Source of the DNA: a virus
Taxonomy: Duplodnaviria; Caudoviricetes
Reading direction: 5' to 3' (one strand)
Length of the DNA stretch: 54,940 nt
Virus record (IMG/VR): IMGVR_UViG_3300027749_000137
Span: 1-54,940 of that record
Shown: positions 35,841 to 45,296 of the stretch, in pieces
Layout of the letters: each line of letters opens with the position of its first letter
Numbering within the stretch: the stretch's first letter is position 1
Position numbers and translations under genes: made by a program
Notes under the pieces: model-generated
Databases searched by the model: none
Told to the model about the DNA's origin: nothing
The model's input: only the letters and a program-made list of their open reading frames with translations

Positions 35841-37372
35841 AATGGGCTCCCTTCTGTGCGGGTGGTGTGTGTTTCAAAAGGAGCATCCTGTTTCTCAAAG
35901 CAAGGAATCCTCCAGCAGCGCGTGGTCCGTGATTTAAGCAGCAAGGATATGGGCTCGCCACCGAGGTCCCTGATCCGTTGTGCAATCTTGGGAGCAGTCA
36001 GCCCCATGAAATTGTTGCGCTTTAGGTGGGACATCAGGTCCTTCATCCTGAAGTAAGTCTTGGCCTCAGAATCATCATTCCACGGACGGCCCATGAGTAT
36101 TTCATCGCGGTCCAATGCCTGCTGCATGTGGGTAGTGAACTCTTCCAGCAGATCCATAAATTGACCCGTAACGCTGGTATCTTCGCTAGCCTCAGTAATT
36201 TGCTCAGTCTCCACCATTTCTTTGAGCAGTGCATTGAGTAAATTCTCCCAGTCTTGCTTGCGCAGCGTGGGCGGCAGCAGGTTCAGACGCTCAAGGCAAG
36301 CTTTCTGAAAAGCCATCTGATTGAACAGGTTGTCAGTTTCCAGCTCGACCCTACGGCCATTGATATCAAGGAACCACAGCGGCGGCTCGCTAGCGTACTT
36401 AGACAAAGAACTGATCTTTGGTGCGTCAGGGCCGTTGCCCCCGATCCCAAACTTGCGTGTCCGGCACAGGCCAGAATTGCAAAAGGAATTGAGCGGCATG
36501 TCCTTACACTTGTACATGTAATCTTTTTTGTTCAATTGCTTTAGGATCACCTGCACTTCATTGTTAGGCAGCGGTGGGGATACATACTTGTAGTTGTACT
36601 CGGCCAGCTTGTCTTCCCAACCAGCGGGAGCCAGCTTCTTTAAGTAGATCCCGATATTAAACAGGCCGTTGTTACGTGTGCCTTCAGGAAAGCCTTGAGC
36701 GCAAAGAGCCTGTAGGCAGGGCGGACCATCCTTGATAGGGCTGTCCGGCTGCTTTGGGGGCTCAGGGAAGGCCAGTGGAGATGTCTGCACATTGGCTTCG
36801 TACAGCGTAAAAAATTCCTCCAGCGAAGCGGCAGATCCGTCTGCATTAAAGGCATAACGTGTTCCGTTATCACCAGCAAAATAAGGCAGGTTTAGGAAGT
36901 TGCCGGTATCCCCGCGCTCAACCAAAATCTCGGCCTGCTTGGGAAAGATCTCACGCCCTGCCTCACCCAACAATGCTGCTGAGGTTTGCAGGTAGTGCTG
37001 CATGTCGGCAGCCGGTATTGGCTCCCGAACAAATAAGAAGACGTGTGCGCCGCCGGACTTGCTGCGGCAGACAACTAACGGGAGTTTGAGCGCAGCAATT
37101 CGCTGCACAAGGCCCAAATGGTCAAGGGGATACTGATCAATATCAATGCAACCCCATATACAACTATTATCAGCGCGAATAGGAATGACCCCAAGACTAG
37201 GCTCAACGCCGTCAAGATGCTTGATCCAGAGGTCCTCTGTTGGCGGCTTTCGGACCACCGTGGCTTTACCTGCTTGTTTTCCATCACCGCGCTCCGATTT
37301 GATTACGTATGTCCCATAGGCAATATCCAGCCCGCTGAATATTGCCTGAAATTTTTCAAGTTGATCTTGCAT
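35837..37372 (-). CDS. AEP-superfamily primase with C-terminal PriCT-like region
   Basis: WGCIDID, RSKSGGAH, GNFLNLPY, PPCL and EGTRNNGLF motifs. Confidence 0.8.
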   Translation of the reverse strand: MQDQLEKFQAIFSGLDIAYGTYVIKSERGDGKQAGKATVVRKPPTEDLWIKHLDGVEPSLGVIPIRADNSCIWGCIDIDQYPLDHLGLVQRIAALKLPLVVCRSKSGGAHVFLFVREPIPAADMQHYLQTSAALLGEAGREIFPKQAEILVERGDTGNFLNLPYFAGDNGTRYAFNADGSAASLEEFFTLYEANVQTSPLAFPEPPKQPDSPIKDGPPCLQALCAQGFPEGTRNNGLFNIGIYLKKLAPAGWEDKLAEYNYKYVSPPLPNNEVQVILKQLNKKDYMYKCKDMPLNSFCNSGLCRTRKFGIGGNGPDAPKISSLSKYASEPPLWFLDINGRRVELETDNLFNQMAFQKACLERLNLLPPTLRKQDWENLLNALLKEMVETEQITEASEDTSVTGQFMDLLEEFTTHMQQALDRDEILMGRPWNDDSEAKTYFRMKDLMSHLKRNNFMGLTAPKIAQRIRDLGGEPISLLLKSRTTRCWRIPCFEKQDAPFETHTTRTEGSPF

Positions 37373-37390
37373 CAGGCATCTCTATAAGAT

Positions 37391-37471
37391 GGGGGTACTC
37401 GCTGCGTCTGTGTTTGACCCTTTAAATCAGGCTGCAAATACCGCAGCAACGCCAGCATCCGCTTTCCCCCC
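37391..37471 (-). ncRNA. Candidate structured RNA between the SSB and primase genes
   Basis: GGGG/CCCC closing stem, GAA/AGUA internal loop, CUG/CAG helix and two inner hairpins with G-U pairs. Confidence 0.55.
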
Positions 37472-37476
37472 GAATA

Positions 37477-38244
37477 TCAAAACGGTGCTGGCCCGCCAGC
37501 GGTGACATCCTCATCAGCGTGTTTGACTTTCACGTCACCAGCGCTTACCGAAGAGGAAAAAGCTTTGGCGGCGTGGTACACGCTCATGTCATTAATCGGC
37601 CCAATGCGCTCGACTTCCCAGCCGTACCATTTACCCTTGTCGTTGGACTCAGCCTGAGTTGTCAGACGATAAAGGTGTGAATACATCGGTGGCGTGTATG
37701 CGCCATTCTTACCCATCAACTTGGTGGACATCATCATGGAATTCCACTTGCGCGACTTCTTCAGTTGCGTGGACTTCATGGTGATCAAGGCAGGCTCAGG
37801 GATGCCATCATCGCTAATCACCATCACATAATGATTGGCGGTGTTTTCGATGTAGTTCCCGTTGTCAAGGTAATCCTTGTTGTCGCCCGGTTCGCGGTGC
37901 GTGCGACTCAAAACGTCAGACGTGGCCGGGTAGATCGCAATCGGAGCGCCCGAACCAACTCCACGTGGTGCCCACTCAATGTACTGACGTACATAGGCGC
38001 AAGGCACAACGATCATCCCCTTTTTGCCGTCATACAACGTACCATTTACAGTGTTGTAAACCATACCGGGCATCGCACCATCGACCTCACCAACCTCGGG
38101 GGAGGTATTGGTCAACAAGCGCAAGAACGGCAGAGCAAAATCATCCTGATTCATCGACTCAAAGCCGCTGGATGCATCCTGTTCAAAGTCATTCACCAAA
38201 GCAATTGCTTGCTCGCTTTTCACTGCTACTTCTGTCTTAGCCAT
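37477..38244 (-). CDS. Putative single-stranded DNA-binding protein
   Basis: Replication-module position; MKSTQLKKSRKWNS, NDKGKWYGW and a C-terminal acidic...PF tail. Confidence 0.7.
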   Translation of the reverse strand: MAKTEVAVKSEQAIALVNDFEQDASSGFESMNQDDFALPFLRLLTNTSPEVGEVDGAMPGMVYNTVNGTLYDGKKGMIVVPCAYVRQYIEWAPRGVGSGAPIAIYPATSDVLSRTHREPGDNKDYLDNGNYIENTANHYVMVISDDGIPEPALITMKSTQLKKSRKWNSMMMSTKLMGKNGAYTPPMYSHLYRLTTQAESNDKGKWYGWEVERIGPINDMSVYHAAKAFSSSVSAGDVKVKHADEDVTAGGPAPF

Positions 38245-38259
38245 TTTTCATTTCCTTCT

Positions 38260-38820
38260 TTATGCTGATTTGATAGTTGCTTTTTGGCCTACGTATACGC
38301 CAAAAAGCTCGGTTGGGAACTCGCTTCCACGTTCCACTTGCTCACGAACCCAAGCTTTCAAGGTCTGGGGCTCGATCTTCTGCGATTGCTCGACTGGATA
38401 GTTTTGCTCACGCAGTTGATTCAGTAATGTGTCGCACAGGCCGTCTTCTCCACGGCCAAAACGTACTGACACTGTGTTTTTGATGATGTCATCAAAGCCG
38501 TTATCACGCAGCCACTCATAGGCCTTGGCGCGTTTCTCTTCCTTGATGCTGGCGCTGTAGAAAGGCTTGACTTCAATGTTGCTGCCATCAGCCATCTTGA
38601 AAGACTTCATACCAAGCTCGGACAACATCGCAGGGATGGTGTCTTCCAGCAATTTGCGGCGCTGTTCTTGGCGCTCTTTCAGCACACTCTCCAGCTCTTC
38701 CACTTCTTTTTCCAACTCCTTGGCCCGCTTGGCCAAGGCTCCAACGGAGGACAGGTCTTCGTTCTTCACGACCAAAGCGCCAGCATCCTCCTCAAACAGG
38801 TCATTCATATCAGTCATCAT
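38260..38820 (-). CDS. Conserved replication-module protein
   Basis: Coiled coil followed by IPAMLSELG...DGS...WLRDNG..DIIKN...QTLKAWVRE. Confidence 0.75.
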   Translation of the reverse strand: MMTDMNDLFEEDAGALVVKNEDLSSVGALAKRAKELEKEVEELESVLKERQEQRRKLLEDTIPAMLSELGMKSFKMADGSNIEVKPFYSASIKEEKRAKAYEWLRDNGFDDIIKNTVSVRFGRGEDGLCDTLLNQLREQNYPVEQSQKIEPQTLKAWVREQVERGSEFPTELFGVYVGQKATIKSA

Positions 38821-39163
38821 GCTCTCCTTTCTCAGTGATGTCCAAACGGACGGGAATATACAACTTTTCGCGGCGGTCCCATTTCAGGGCAGTAAAACTG
38901 CCTGAGTTATAGGCTGCGGCTATCGCACAAGACAATCCGATAGCCACAGGGTCACCAGTCAACAACAGGAAATCTTGGTCAGAGTATTCCCGCAACTTGC
39001 GCTTCAGCAGCCTTACGGCGGGGGCCGTGGAGAATGCGATCTGCGTGTTGAACGGGAGCAAAACTACCATCTCCCCAAAGGACATTGCAGCAGCAATATC
39101 GTGATTGGGCATTTCCTGAACTACATATACCTTAGCGGTACGGGGATCTTTTTTATCAGTCAC
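38810..39163 (-). CDS. Conserved small alpha/beta protein
   Basis: VYVVQE, DFLLLTGDP and LKWDR...Y motifs; GTG start with AGAAAGGATA SD. Confidence 0.75.
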   Translation of the reverse strand: MTDKKDPRTAKVYVVQEMPNHDIAAAMSFGEMVVLLPFNTQIAFSTAPAVRLLKRKLREYSDQDFLLLTGDPVAIGLSCAIAAAYNSGSFTALKWDRREKLYIPVRLDITEKGEHDD

Positions 39164-39194
39164 GTTACGTTATCCTTTCTTAAAACGTACGGCT

Positions 39195-39222
39195 AGTGTA
39201 CAATACTTTTTCCGGTTGTCAA
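39195..39222 (-). promoter_or_regulatory. sigma70-like promoter of the replication operon
   Basis: TTGACA-N16-TACACT in the divergent gap. Confidence 0.6.
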
Positions 39223-39239
39223 CACAGAAAGCAAGAAAG

Positions 39240-40691
39240 ATGAATTATTTTTTAGAGAAGTACCCCTTCAAGTACCAGCCCTTCCTGCATCAAGCTGCTT
39301 ATTTGCAGCGGTTTTGGGAGGAGAAAAGCGTTGCGCTGTTCGCGGACATGGGCACTGGGAAGAGCTTTATGCTCATCAACAACGCCGCCATGCTTTACGA
39401 CAAGGGCAAGATTGATTCCATGCTGGTTATCGCTCCAAAGGGGGTGTATCGTAACTGGTATACCAGCGAATTGCCTAAGCATTTACCCGAACACATCACC
39501 GCCACCATCGCCTGCTGGTCCCCCACCCCAAGGAAGGCGGAAAAGGCAGAAATGGATGCCATGATGAATGCAGGGGACACACTGCGTATTTTGGTGATGA
39601 ACGTGGAAGCATTTAGCACCGAAAAAGGCACTGCCTTCGCCAAGCTGTTTTTGCGTGTTACCAAGGCTTTTATGGCCATTGATGAAAGCACCACCATCAA
39701 GACCCATACCGCTAAGCGTACGAAGAGCATTGTGGCCCTTGGCAAGGAAGCAAAGTACCGCCGCATCGCCACTGGCTCCCCTGTGACAAAGAGCCCTTTG
39801 GATCTGTATGCGCAGTGCGAATTCCTCGGCCCTGATTGCTTAAATGCAAGCAGCTACTACGCTTTCCAAGCGCGGTACGCGGTCCTTGTTGAACGCAAAA
39901 TGCCTACCCACACATTTAAGCAGATTGTGGGCTACCGCAGGCTGGATGAATTGCAGGAGAAGCTGAGCGATTTTGCCTTCCGTGTGACCAAAGAAGAATG
40001 TCTTGATTTACCCGACAAAATCTACACCCGCCGGGATGTGGAATTGACTAAGGAACAGCAGAAATACTACGACCAAATGAAGCTCATGGCGCTGTCCGTG
40101 GTTGAAGGTGGTTTGATGACCACCAACAATGCTTTGACCCAGTTGATGCGCCTGCATCAGATCGTCTGTGGCCACGTTAAATTGGATGATGGCCAAGAGC
40201 TGGATATCCCCAGCAACCGGATAGATGAGCTGCTGGCGGTGCTTGCTGAAGCCAGTGGCAAAGTAATCATCTGGGCCAATTACCGCAAAGACATTGAGAA
40301 CATCAAACTGGCCGTTCAAAAAGAGTACGGCATGACTTCTGTAGCAACCTACTTTGGCGATACTGAAGCAGAGGATCGGCAGGATATCGTCACCAAGTTC
40401 CAAGACCCCAACAGCGAGCTACGCTTCTTTGTCGGTAATCCCCGCACAGGAGGCTATGGCCTGACATTGACTGCTGCTAACCTAGTGGTGTACTACAGCA
40501 ATAGCTTTGACCTCGAAGTACGTTTGCAGTCCGAGGACCGCGCTCACCGTATCGGGCAGACCCAAAAGGTTACTTACGTTGATCTGATTGCCAAAGACAC
40601 CATGGACGAATATATCGTCAATGCCCTTCGTAAGAAAATCAACATCGCTGGCGAAGTGCTTGGCGAACAATTTAAGAAATGGATCATCTGA
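39240..40691 (+). CDS. SNF2-family helicase
   Basis: DMGTGKS, DEST, TGSP, GGYGLTL and QSEDRAHRIGQ. Confidence 0.9.
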   Translation: MNYFLEKYPFKYQPFLHQAAYLQRFWEEKSVALFADMGTGKSFMLINNAAMLYDKGKIDSMLVIAPKGVYRNWYTSELPKHLPEHITATIACWSPTPRKAEKAEMDAMMNAGDTLRILVMNVEAFSTEKGTAFAKLFLRVTKAFMAIDESTTIKTHTAKRTKSIVALGKEAKYRRIATGSPVTKSPLDLYAQCEFLGPDCLNASSYYAFQARYAVLVERKMPTHTFKQIVGYRRLDELQEKLSDFAFRVTKEECLDLPDKIYTRRDVELTKEQQKYYDQMKLMALSVVEGGLMTTNNALTQLMRLHQIVCGHVKLDDGQELDIPSNRIDELLAVLAEASGKVIIWANYRKDIENIKLAVQKEYGMTSVATYFGDTEAEDRQDIVTKFQDPNSELRFFVGNPRTGGYGLTLTAANLVVYYSNSFDLEVRLQSEDRAHRIGQTQKVTYVDLIAKDTMDEYIVNALRKKINIAGEVLGEQFKKWII

Positions 40692-41380
40692 TGCAACTCA
40701 TCCCCATCCGCAAGCGCTATGTGTACGAAAAACTGGAAAGAATCGACACGTCTGAAGGGCGTGTATACAAAGTAGGAGATTTGCAACGCTTACCCAGCGT
40801 GACTTCTATCCTGTCTGCCACCAAAGATGGCGCTCACCTTAAAGAGTGGACTGCCCGGGTAGGTGAGGAGGCCGCAGAGCGCATTAAAAACGAAGCGGCT
40901 ACCGTGGGCACCCATATGCACAACGTAGTCGAACGGCTGCTGCTTAACCGTGATCTGCCTGCTCCCCGTACGTGGCTCGCGGTCAAAGGGTATCAAATGG
41001 GATACAAGCTGATTGAGGAGTTTTTCCCACATGTAAATGAAGTGTGGGGCGCGGAAATCCCGTTGTACTACCCCAACCGCTATGCAGGTACTTCTGACTG
41101 CATTGGGGTGTATAAAAGCGACCCATCCATCATTGACTTTAAGCAGACCAACAGGATGAAGAAGCGGGAATGGATTGAGGACTACTTCATCCAGTTAGCC
41201 GCTTATGCCATGGCCCACAACAAGGTCCACGGTACGTCAATCAGGCAGGGCGTGATTATGATGGTTGCCCAAGATGGGCAGGTGCAGGAGTTTGTAACCT
41301 GCGGTCGGGAATTTGATTCCTATGGAGACAAGTGGTTGCGCAAAGTGGAGGCGTTTGAGCGCCTTCAATCCCCTACTTAG
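40691..41380 (+). CDS. PD-(D/E)xK exonuclease (Cas4/MGME1-like fold)
   Basis: PSVTSIL, GTHMH, YAGTSD, IIDFKQ and QLAAYA; TGATG coupling. Confidence 0.85.
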   Translation: MQLIPIRKRYVYEKLERIDTSEGRVYKVGDLQRLPSVTSILSATKDGAHLKEWTARVGEEAAERIKNEAATVGTHMHNVVERLLLNRDLPAPRTWLAVKGYQMGYKLIEEFFPHVNEVWGAEIPLYYPNRYAGTSDCIGVYKSDPSIIDFKQTNRMKKREWIEDYFIQLAAYAMAHNKVHGTSIRQGVIMMVAQDGQVQEFVTCGREFDSYGDKWLRKVEAFERLQSPT

Positions 41381-41534
41381 CCTTTTTTGCCGCCCGCATG
41401 TTGTCCACTAAGTTGGGGTAAGGCCTCCCCGCTGCTTTTGCCGCTGCTTTCGCACTGGCTTTTTTGGCAGGGGAAAGAGGCTTAGGAACACCAAGCTTCT
41501 TTGGGCGGGGTTTATCCCATACTTCTTTGGCCAT
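41373..41534 (-). CDS. Small basic protein
   Basis: MAKEVWDKPRPK...GRPYPNLVDNMRAAK; GAGGA SD. Confidence 0.7.
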   Translation of the reverse strand: MAKEVWDKPRPKKLGVPKPLSPAKKASAKAAAKAAGRPYPNLVDNMRAAKKAK

Positions 41535-41541
41535 ATTGTCC

Positions 41542-41910
41542 TCAACGTAGGTTGCGTAGTTTGTACAGAGTACTGAGGTACAGACCCACTGCATCATCGA
41601 CAAGGTTTTGCAGTGGGGTATCATTTTTGTCGATGGCGGCGTAACGCATTTTCTCAATGTCGGTCATGTGCTTCTCCAGAACATCATCAATTTCCTCATA
41701 CGAATCCATGGTCAGGATTGGGATGTTGGCAATGATGGTATGGCGGCCTTGGTAAGCCTCGGTCAGCGAATCGGCCTTCTCGACAATTTCAAGGTAGAAC
41801 GTGTTAAGCGCCATGTGAATGGAGAAACTACCTGTCCCGGTGATCCGCAAATGCTCCCTGTGAGCCACTTCGCGGCTTAGGAACATCGTGGCAATAAGTT
41901 TGTCAATCAT
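41542..41910 (-). CDS. Ferritin/Dps-like four-helix protein (DUF5856-like)
   Basis: AH..HL...SF..H.AL..FY...D...EAYQG...L.NL.D...TLYKL..L. Confidence 0.75.
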   Translation of the reverse strand: MIDKLIATMFLSREVAHREHLRITGTGSFSIHMALNTFYLEIVEKADSLTEAYQGRHTIIANIPILTMDSYEEIDDVLEKHMTDIEKMRYAAIDKNDTPLQNLVDDAVGLYLSTLYKLRNLR

Positions 41911-44900
41911 CGTTGTTGTCCTTGTTGGATCTGCGCCTGACGCTGTTGCAGCAGCCCGCTGATTGGATCATTGGGGAACATGGCAGGATACATTAATTGT
42001 ATATTAGGCCCGCTGGCCGGAGGGGGTGCGCCCACCCGCATGTTCATCTGTGGGCCAGAAGGCATCTGGGTTCCCGTGGTCGGCGGAGCAGGAGGCAAGG
42101 CCCGCAGCATTTGTTGTGCTGTAGGCTGTTTGCGTTCAGGCTGAAGATTGCTGATCGCTGCTTGTTTTATTGTTCGGCCAATCAAACTGGGAGCAGGTGC
42201 CCGGGGCATTTCGTATACCTTGGACACATCGATACCAATGTTTTGCAATGCCTTGTTGACGGTAGTAGCTTGCTGCGGTGTGCCCACATGCGTGATGGAA
42301 TTTGCAAATGCAGGGTCTTCCAGCGCTTTAGTAAACAAACGCTGATAAAGCTGGGTTTCTGTTTTCCCTGCCAAACGCAACATCAAAGCAAGGGCACCAG
42401 TTTCAGGATTGATCCTTCCGACTGCTGTTTCGCGGGCCGTGGTTGTCAAGAATTGAATGCCGAAGCCAAACAAACGCTTGAGTTTCTCGTCCGTAGATTC
42501 AAACACCGGTATCTGGCCAGTTACATCAGCAAAAGCGTTGACCCGGCGCTGCATATCAGCCAAAATTTTCAGATCTTCAAAGTGCTTGCTATTCTCAAAC
42601 AAAACTTTCAAGCTCTTTTCATTATTGTCCAAAAAGCCTTTAAGTGCGCCGCCTTTTGTTGCGCCCTGTGTAGCAATGTCATACACAGACCGGCGTAGGG
42701 CAGCCAAGTTTTCTGGATCTTTAGCCATCTGATCTACCAACGTACGCATGAGCGCCGGGTCTTTTATGGCCTGTGCCAACATTTGGGAGGGATCAGCATT
42801 TTGACGAGAAGCCTTGGCCAGCATGGAATCCAATTCTGAATTCTTGGCGGTAACCATCCGCTGGTCTAATTCGCCCATGCGAGTAACGTAGCTTTCAGCC
42901 AGTGCTACTTCGTTTTTCAGCTCCGCTTGGATGTTGGCGGGTAGTGCATTGACAATGTTTAGGTTCTTATCCAGCACTGAGCGGATTTTCTTGGGATCAA
43001 TCAAGCCTTCTTGGTTGACCACGCCTTTGCTGCGCAGCCAATCAATAGTGCCCCGGCGCAAGAGATCCTCGCCTTGGGGAAGATTACCCAAGGTGGTTTG
43101 AAGCTGTTTTAAATTGCGGGCATCTGCAAATGCGCGTTGCATCAATTGCTCATTGGGCAGCAAATAAGACTCGCCCCCACGGGTTTTTTGAGTAATCAAC
43201 AGCGGTAGATTTTGCTCATATCCAGCGCGGTAATCATCCAACACGCCTTTGATGTTTTCGTACTGCTTATTGATCTTGGGTACATGCTGCAAGACCAGTT
43301 TTTCAATGTCGTTGTATACAGCATCGCCAGTTTTAAGATATCGATCTGCATCCGTAAGCCGCATACGGCCATTCTTCATGGCATTGTTGTAGCTGAATAA
43401 TGAGTCATTACGAAAGCGTTGTGCTGCTGCCAGATAGTCCAATGCCTCGGGCAAACTGATATCAATTTTTGTGCTTTCCTCCGCGATCCGCGCAGCGTCA
43501 GCCTTGATCTGTTCAGGATTAATGACGATTTTTTTGCCCGGTATACCGGAAGGCATGGAGATGTTACCCTGTGCATCAGGCTTGCTGACAATGTCAGAAG
43601 CAGAAATAGTACGTTTTCCACTCTTCCCTGCTGCTTCACCTTTAACTGCTTTCAGCACCTCGCTACGCAGAGCTTTTTGGAAATCAGCGGGCATTCCTTG
43701 CAACTGTGTAGACAAAGCCTCATCCGTCAGTTGGGTGAGCATGTTGTCCGTCATCTTGTCCCGGGCAAGCTGCTGACGCGCCACAAAATCGCGGATAAGT
43801 TTGATTGGCTCAGGCATGGTCAACCGCATGGATGGGCGGTCAATTTTGTACTTCTCAATCAATCGTTGAGCAGCGATTTCCATATCCTGTGCAGGGAATA
43901 AGGATGCACCATTTTCCCGGGTAGGCATGGGGATACCTTCAGGAGAAGTACCTTGGCGCATACCCATTTGCGACAGAACTTTCTGGCGCATATTGGCATC
44001 CATCTCCATGCTGCCTGCGATCACACCACGCAACTCATTGTTCAGGTTGTTGATGTCTTGTGGCCCAAGGCGCTCGGATATGGCTGCAATTTCTGCATCT
44101 GTCATATCGCCTTTTTGTCGCATCATGTCCTCAAAAAAGCTTTGCCTATCGGCCTGTGCAGCGCGAAATGCTTCTTCAATTGGTTTGCGGGCTTCGGGGG
44201 CAAACGATTCCATCAGGTTCGTAAACCGTTGCTGGTTGTCCGCGATCCGCGCTTTAACGCCTTGTATTTCGGATGGACCAAGCTCATTCAAAAGCTTGGT
44301 TTTCTCGGTCAGCAGTGGGCCATACATGGTCTGCTCTGCGGCATCCAAGGTGCTTTGGCCATTGACAAGAAAGTGTTCCGCGACTCGCGGATCTTGGAGC
44401 GCGGCTTGCAATTGGCCAAGGGCTTCTTTCGCTTCAGGGCTTTCCGCAATGGGTCCGAATACATTGACCAGTTTTTGCTCAGCACGCTTGAGCATGACCT
44501 TGGGAAAGATATTAATCACAGGGAGCTTATACCCTGAAGGCAAACTATCCAATGCTTCCTGTTGTACGCTCCCTAATTCTGTTGGCTTAACACTTATTCC
44601 AGCTACTTTATTTTTTACCCAACTAACTGCATTACGTCCGGGGGAGACTGCGTACCATGCAGCGGGGCCCAAAAAGGCCGCAGCAGGAAGTACTTCCTTG
44701 TACATTTCCTTGTTTGGATCGCTGTCATCCACATTTTCTTGGACAGCCTGTTTTAGCCCTTCATATGCTGATCCAAAAGCCATATCTGTGGCAACCGCTT
44801 TTACAGGATTGGCAGCAATATAGTTCAGCGTATCATCCGCCAAACCTTTCAGGATGCCCTTGACGCCTGTTCCCGGAGCCGCCATTAGCCCAGTAACTGG

Positions 44901-45296
44901 ACGAGCAGCGGCGGCAGCGCCAAGGATGCCAGTGAAAGGCAACGTCATTCCAGCGCCTTCGCCAATGGCTCGGGCATAGCGCTCAGGCGCATTCTGTGGG
45001 GCTACTTCTCCACGATTAAAGATTTTGGAAAGTTGGGTAATCTGGTCACCTTGCAGACCATTGGCTTCTGCAAACTTTTTATAAGCAGCATCAGGCAAAG
45101 CAAACAAAGCAGCATTAAACCCCCACGACAAATTCTTGACCAAACCTGTTACCGCATCCATCGGGCTGGCTGCGGAGCGTTCTAGGCTAGTGTTTCGTGG
45201 ATTTGTGCCTTCAGGTGAAGGCACAGCCGCACCTTTAACATCTGGTTCATTTCCATATAGGTCTATTACATCGCCGTTTGAGTCAAGGACTTTCAT
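41907..45296 (-). CDS. Large ejection/internal virion protein
   Basis: 1129 aa, helical; last of four large genes after the tail nozzle; ends Y.AMFPNDPIS. Confidence 0.6.
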   Translation of the reverse strand: MKVLDSNGDVIDLYGNEPDVKGAAVPSPEGTNPRNTSLERSAASPMDAVTGLVKNLSWGFNAALFALPDAAYKKFAEANGLQGDQITQLSKIFNRGEVAPQNAPERYARAIGEGAGMTLPFTGILGAAAAARPVTGLMAAPGTGVKGILKGLADDTLNYIAANPVKAVATDMAFGSAYEGLKQAVQENVDDSDPNKEMYKEVLPAAAFLGPAAWYAVSPGRNAVSWVKNKVAGISVKPTELGSVQQEALDSLPSGYKLPVINIFPKVMLKRAEQKLVNVFGPIAESPEAKEALGQLQAALQDPRVAEHFLVNGQSTLDAAEQTMYGPLLTEKTKLLNELGPSEIQGVKARIADNQQRFTNLMESFAPEARKPIEEAFRAAQADRQSFFEDMMRQKGDMTDAEIAAISERLGPQDINNLNNELRGVIAGSMEMDANMRQKVLSQMGMRQGTSPEGIPMPTRENGASLFPAQDMEIAAQRLIEKYKIDRPSMRLTMPEPIKLIRDFVARQQLARDKMTDNMLTQLTDEALSTQLQGMPADFQKALRSEVLKAVKGEAAGKSGKRTISASDIVSKPDAQGNISMPSGIPGKKIVINPEQIKADAARIAEESTKIDISLPEALDYLAAAQRFRNDSLFSYNNAMKNGRMRLTDADRYLKTGDAVYNDIEKLVLQHVPKINKQYENIKGVLDDYRAGYEQNLPLLITQKTRGGESYLLPNEQLMQRAFADARNLKQLQTTLGNLPQGEDLLRRGTIDWLRSKGVVNQEGLIDPKKIRSVLDKNLNIVNALPANIQAELKNEVALAESYVTRMGELDQRMVTAKNSELDSMLAKASRQNADPSQMLAQAIKDPALMRTLVDQMAKDPENLAALRRSVYDIATQGATKGGALKGFLDNNEKSLKVLFENSKHFEDLKILADMQRRVNAFADVTGQIPVFESTDEKLKRLFGFGIQFLTTTARETAVGRINPETGALALMLRLAGKTETQLYQRLFTKALEDPAFANSITHVGTPQQATTVNKALQNIGIDVSKVYEMPRAPAPSLIGRTIKQAAISNLQPERKQPTAQQMLRALPPAPPTTGTQMPSGPQMNMRVGAPPPASGPNIQLMYPAMFPNDPISGLLQQRQAQIQQGQQR

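Noticed and set aside
37391-37471. tRNA, hammerhead ribozyme or intrinsic terminator
   Set aside because: No T-loop/anticodon cloverleaf, no CUGAUGA core and no U-tract; kept only as an unknown structured RNA.
40691-41380. CRISPR-associated Cas4
   Set aside because: Lacks the Cas4 Fe-S cysteine cluster and any cas context; an ordinary phage exonuclease.
43927-44823. 298-aa plus-strand ORF and similar long antisense ORFs (7464-8150, 14173-14925, 41997-42698)
   Set aside because: Fully overlap well-supported minus-strand genes; expected from codon bias.
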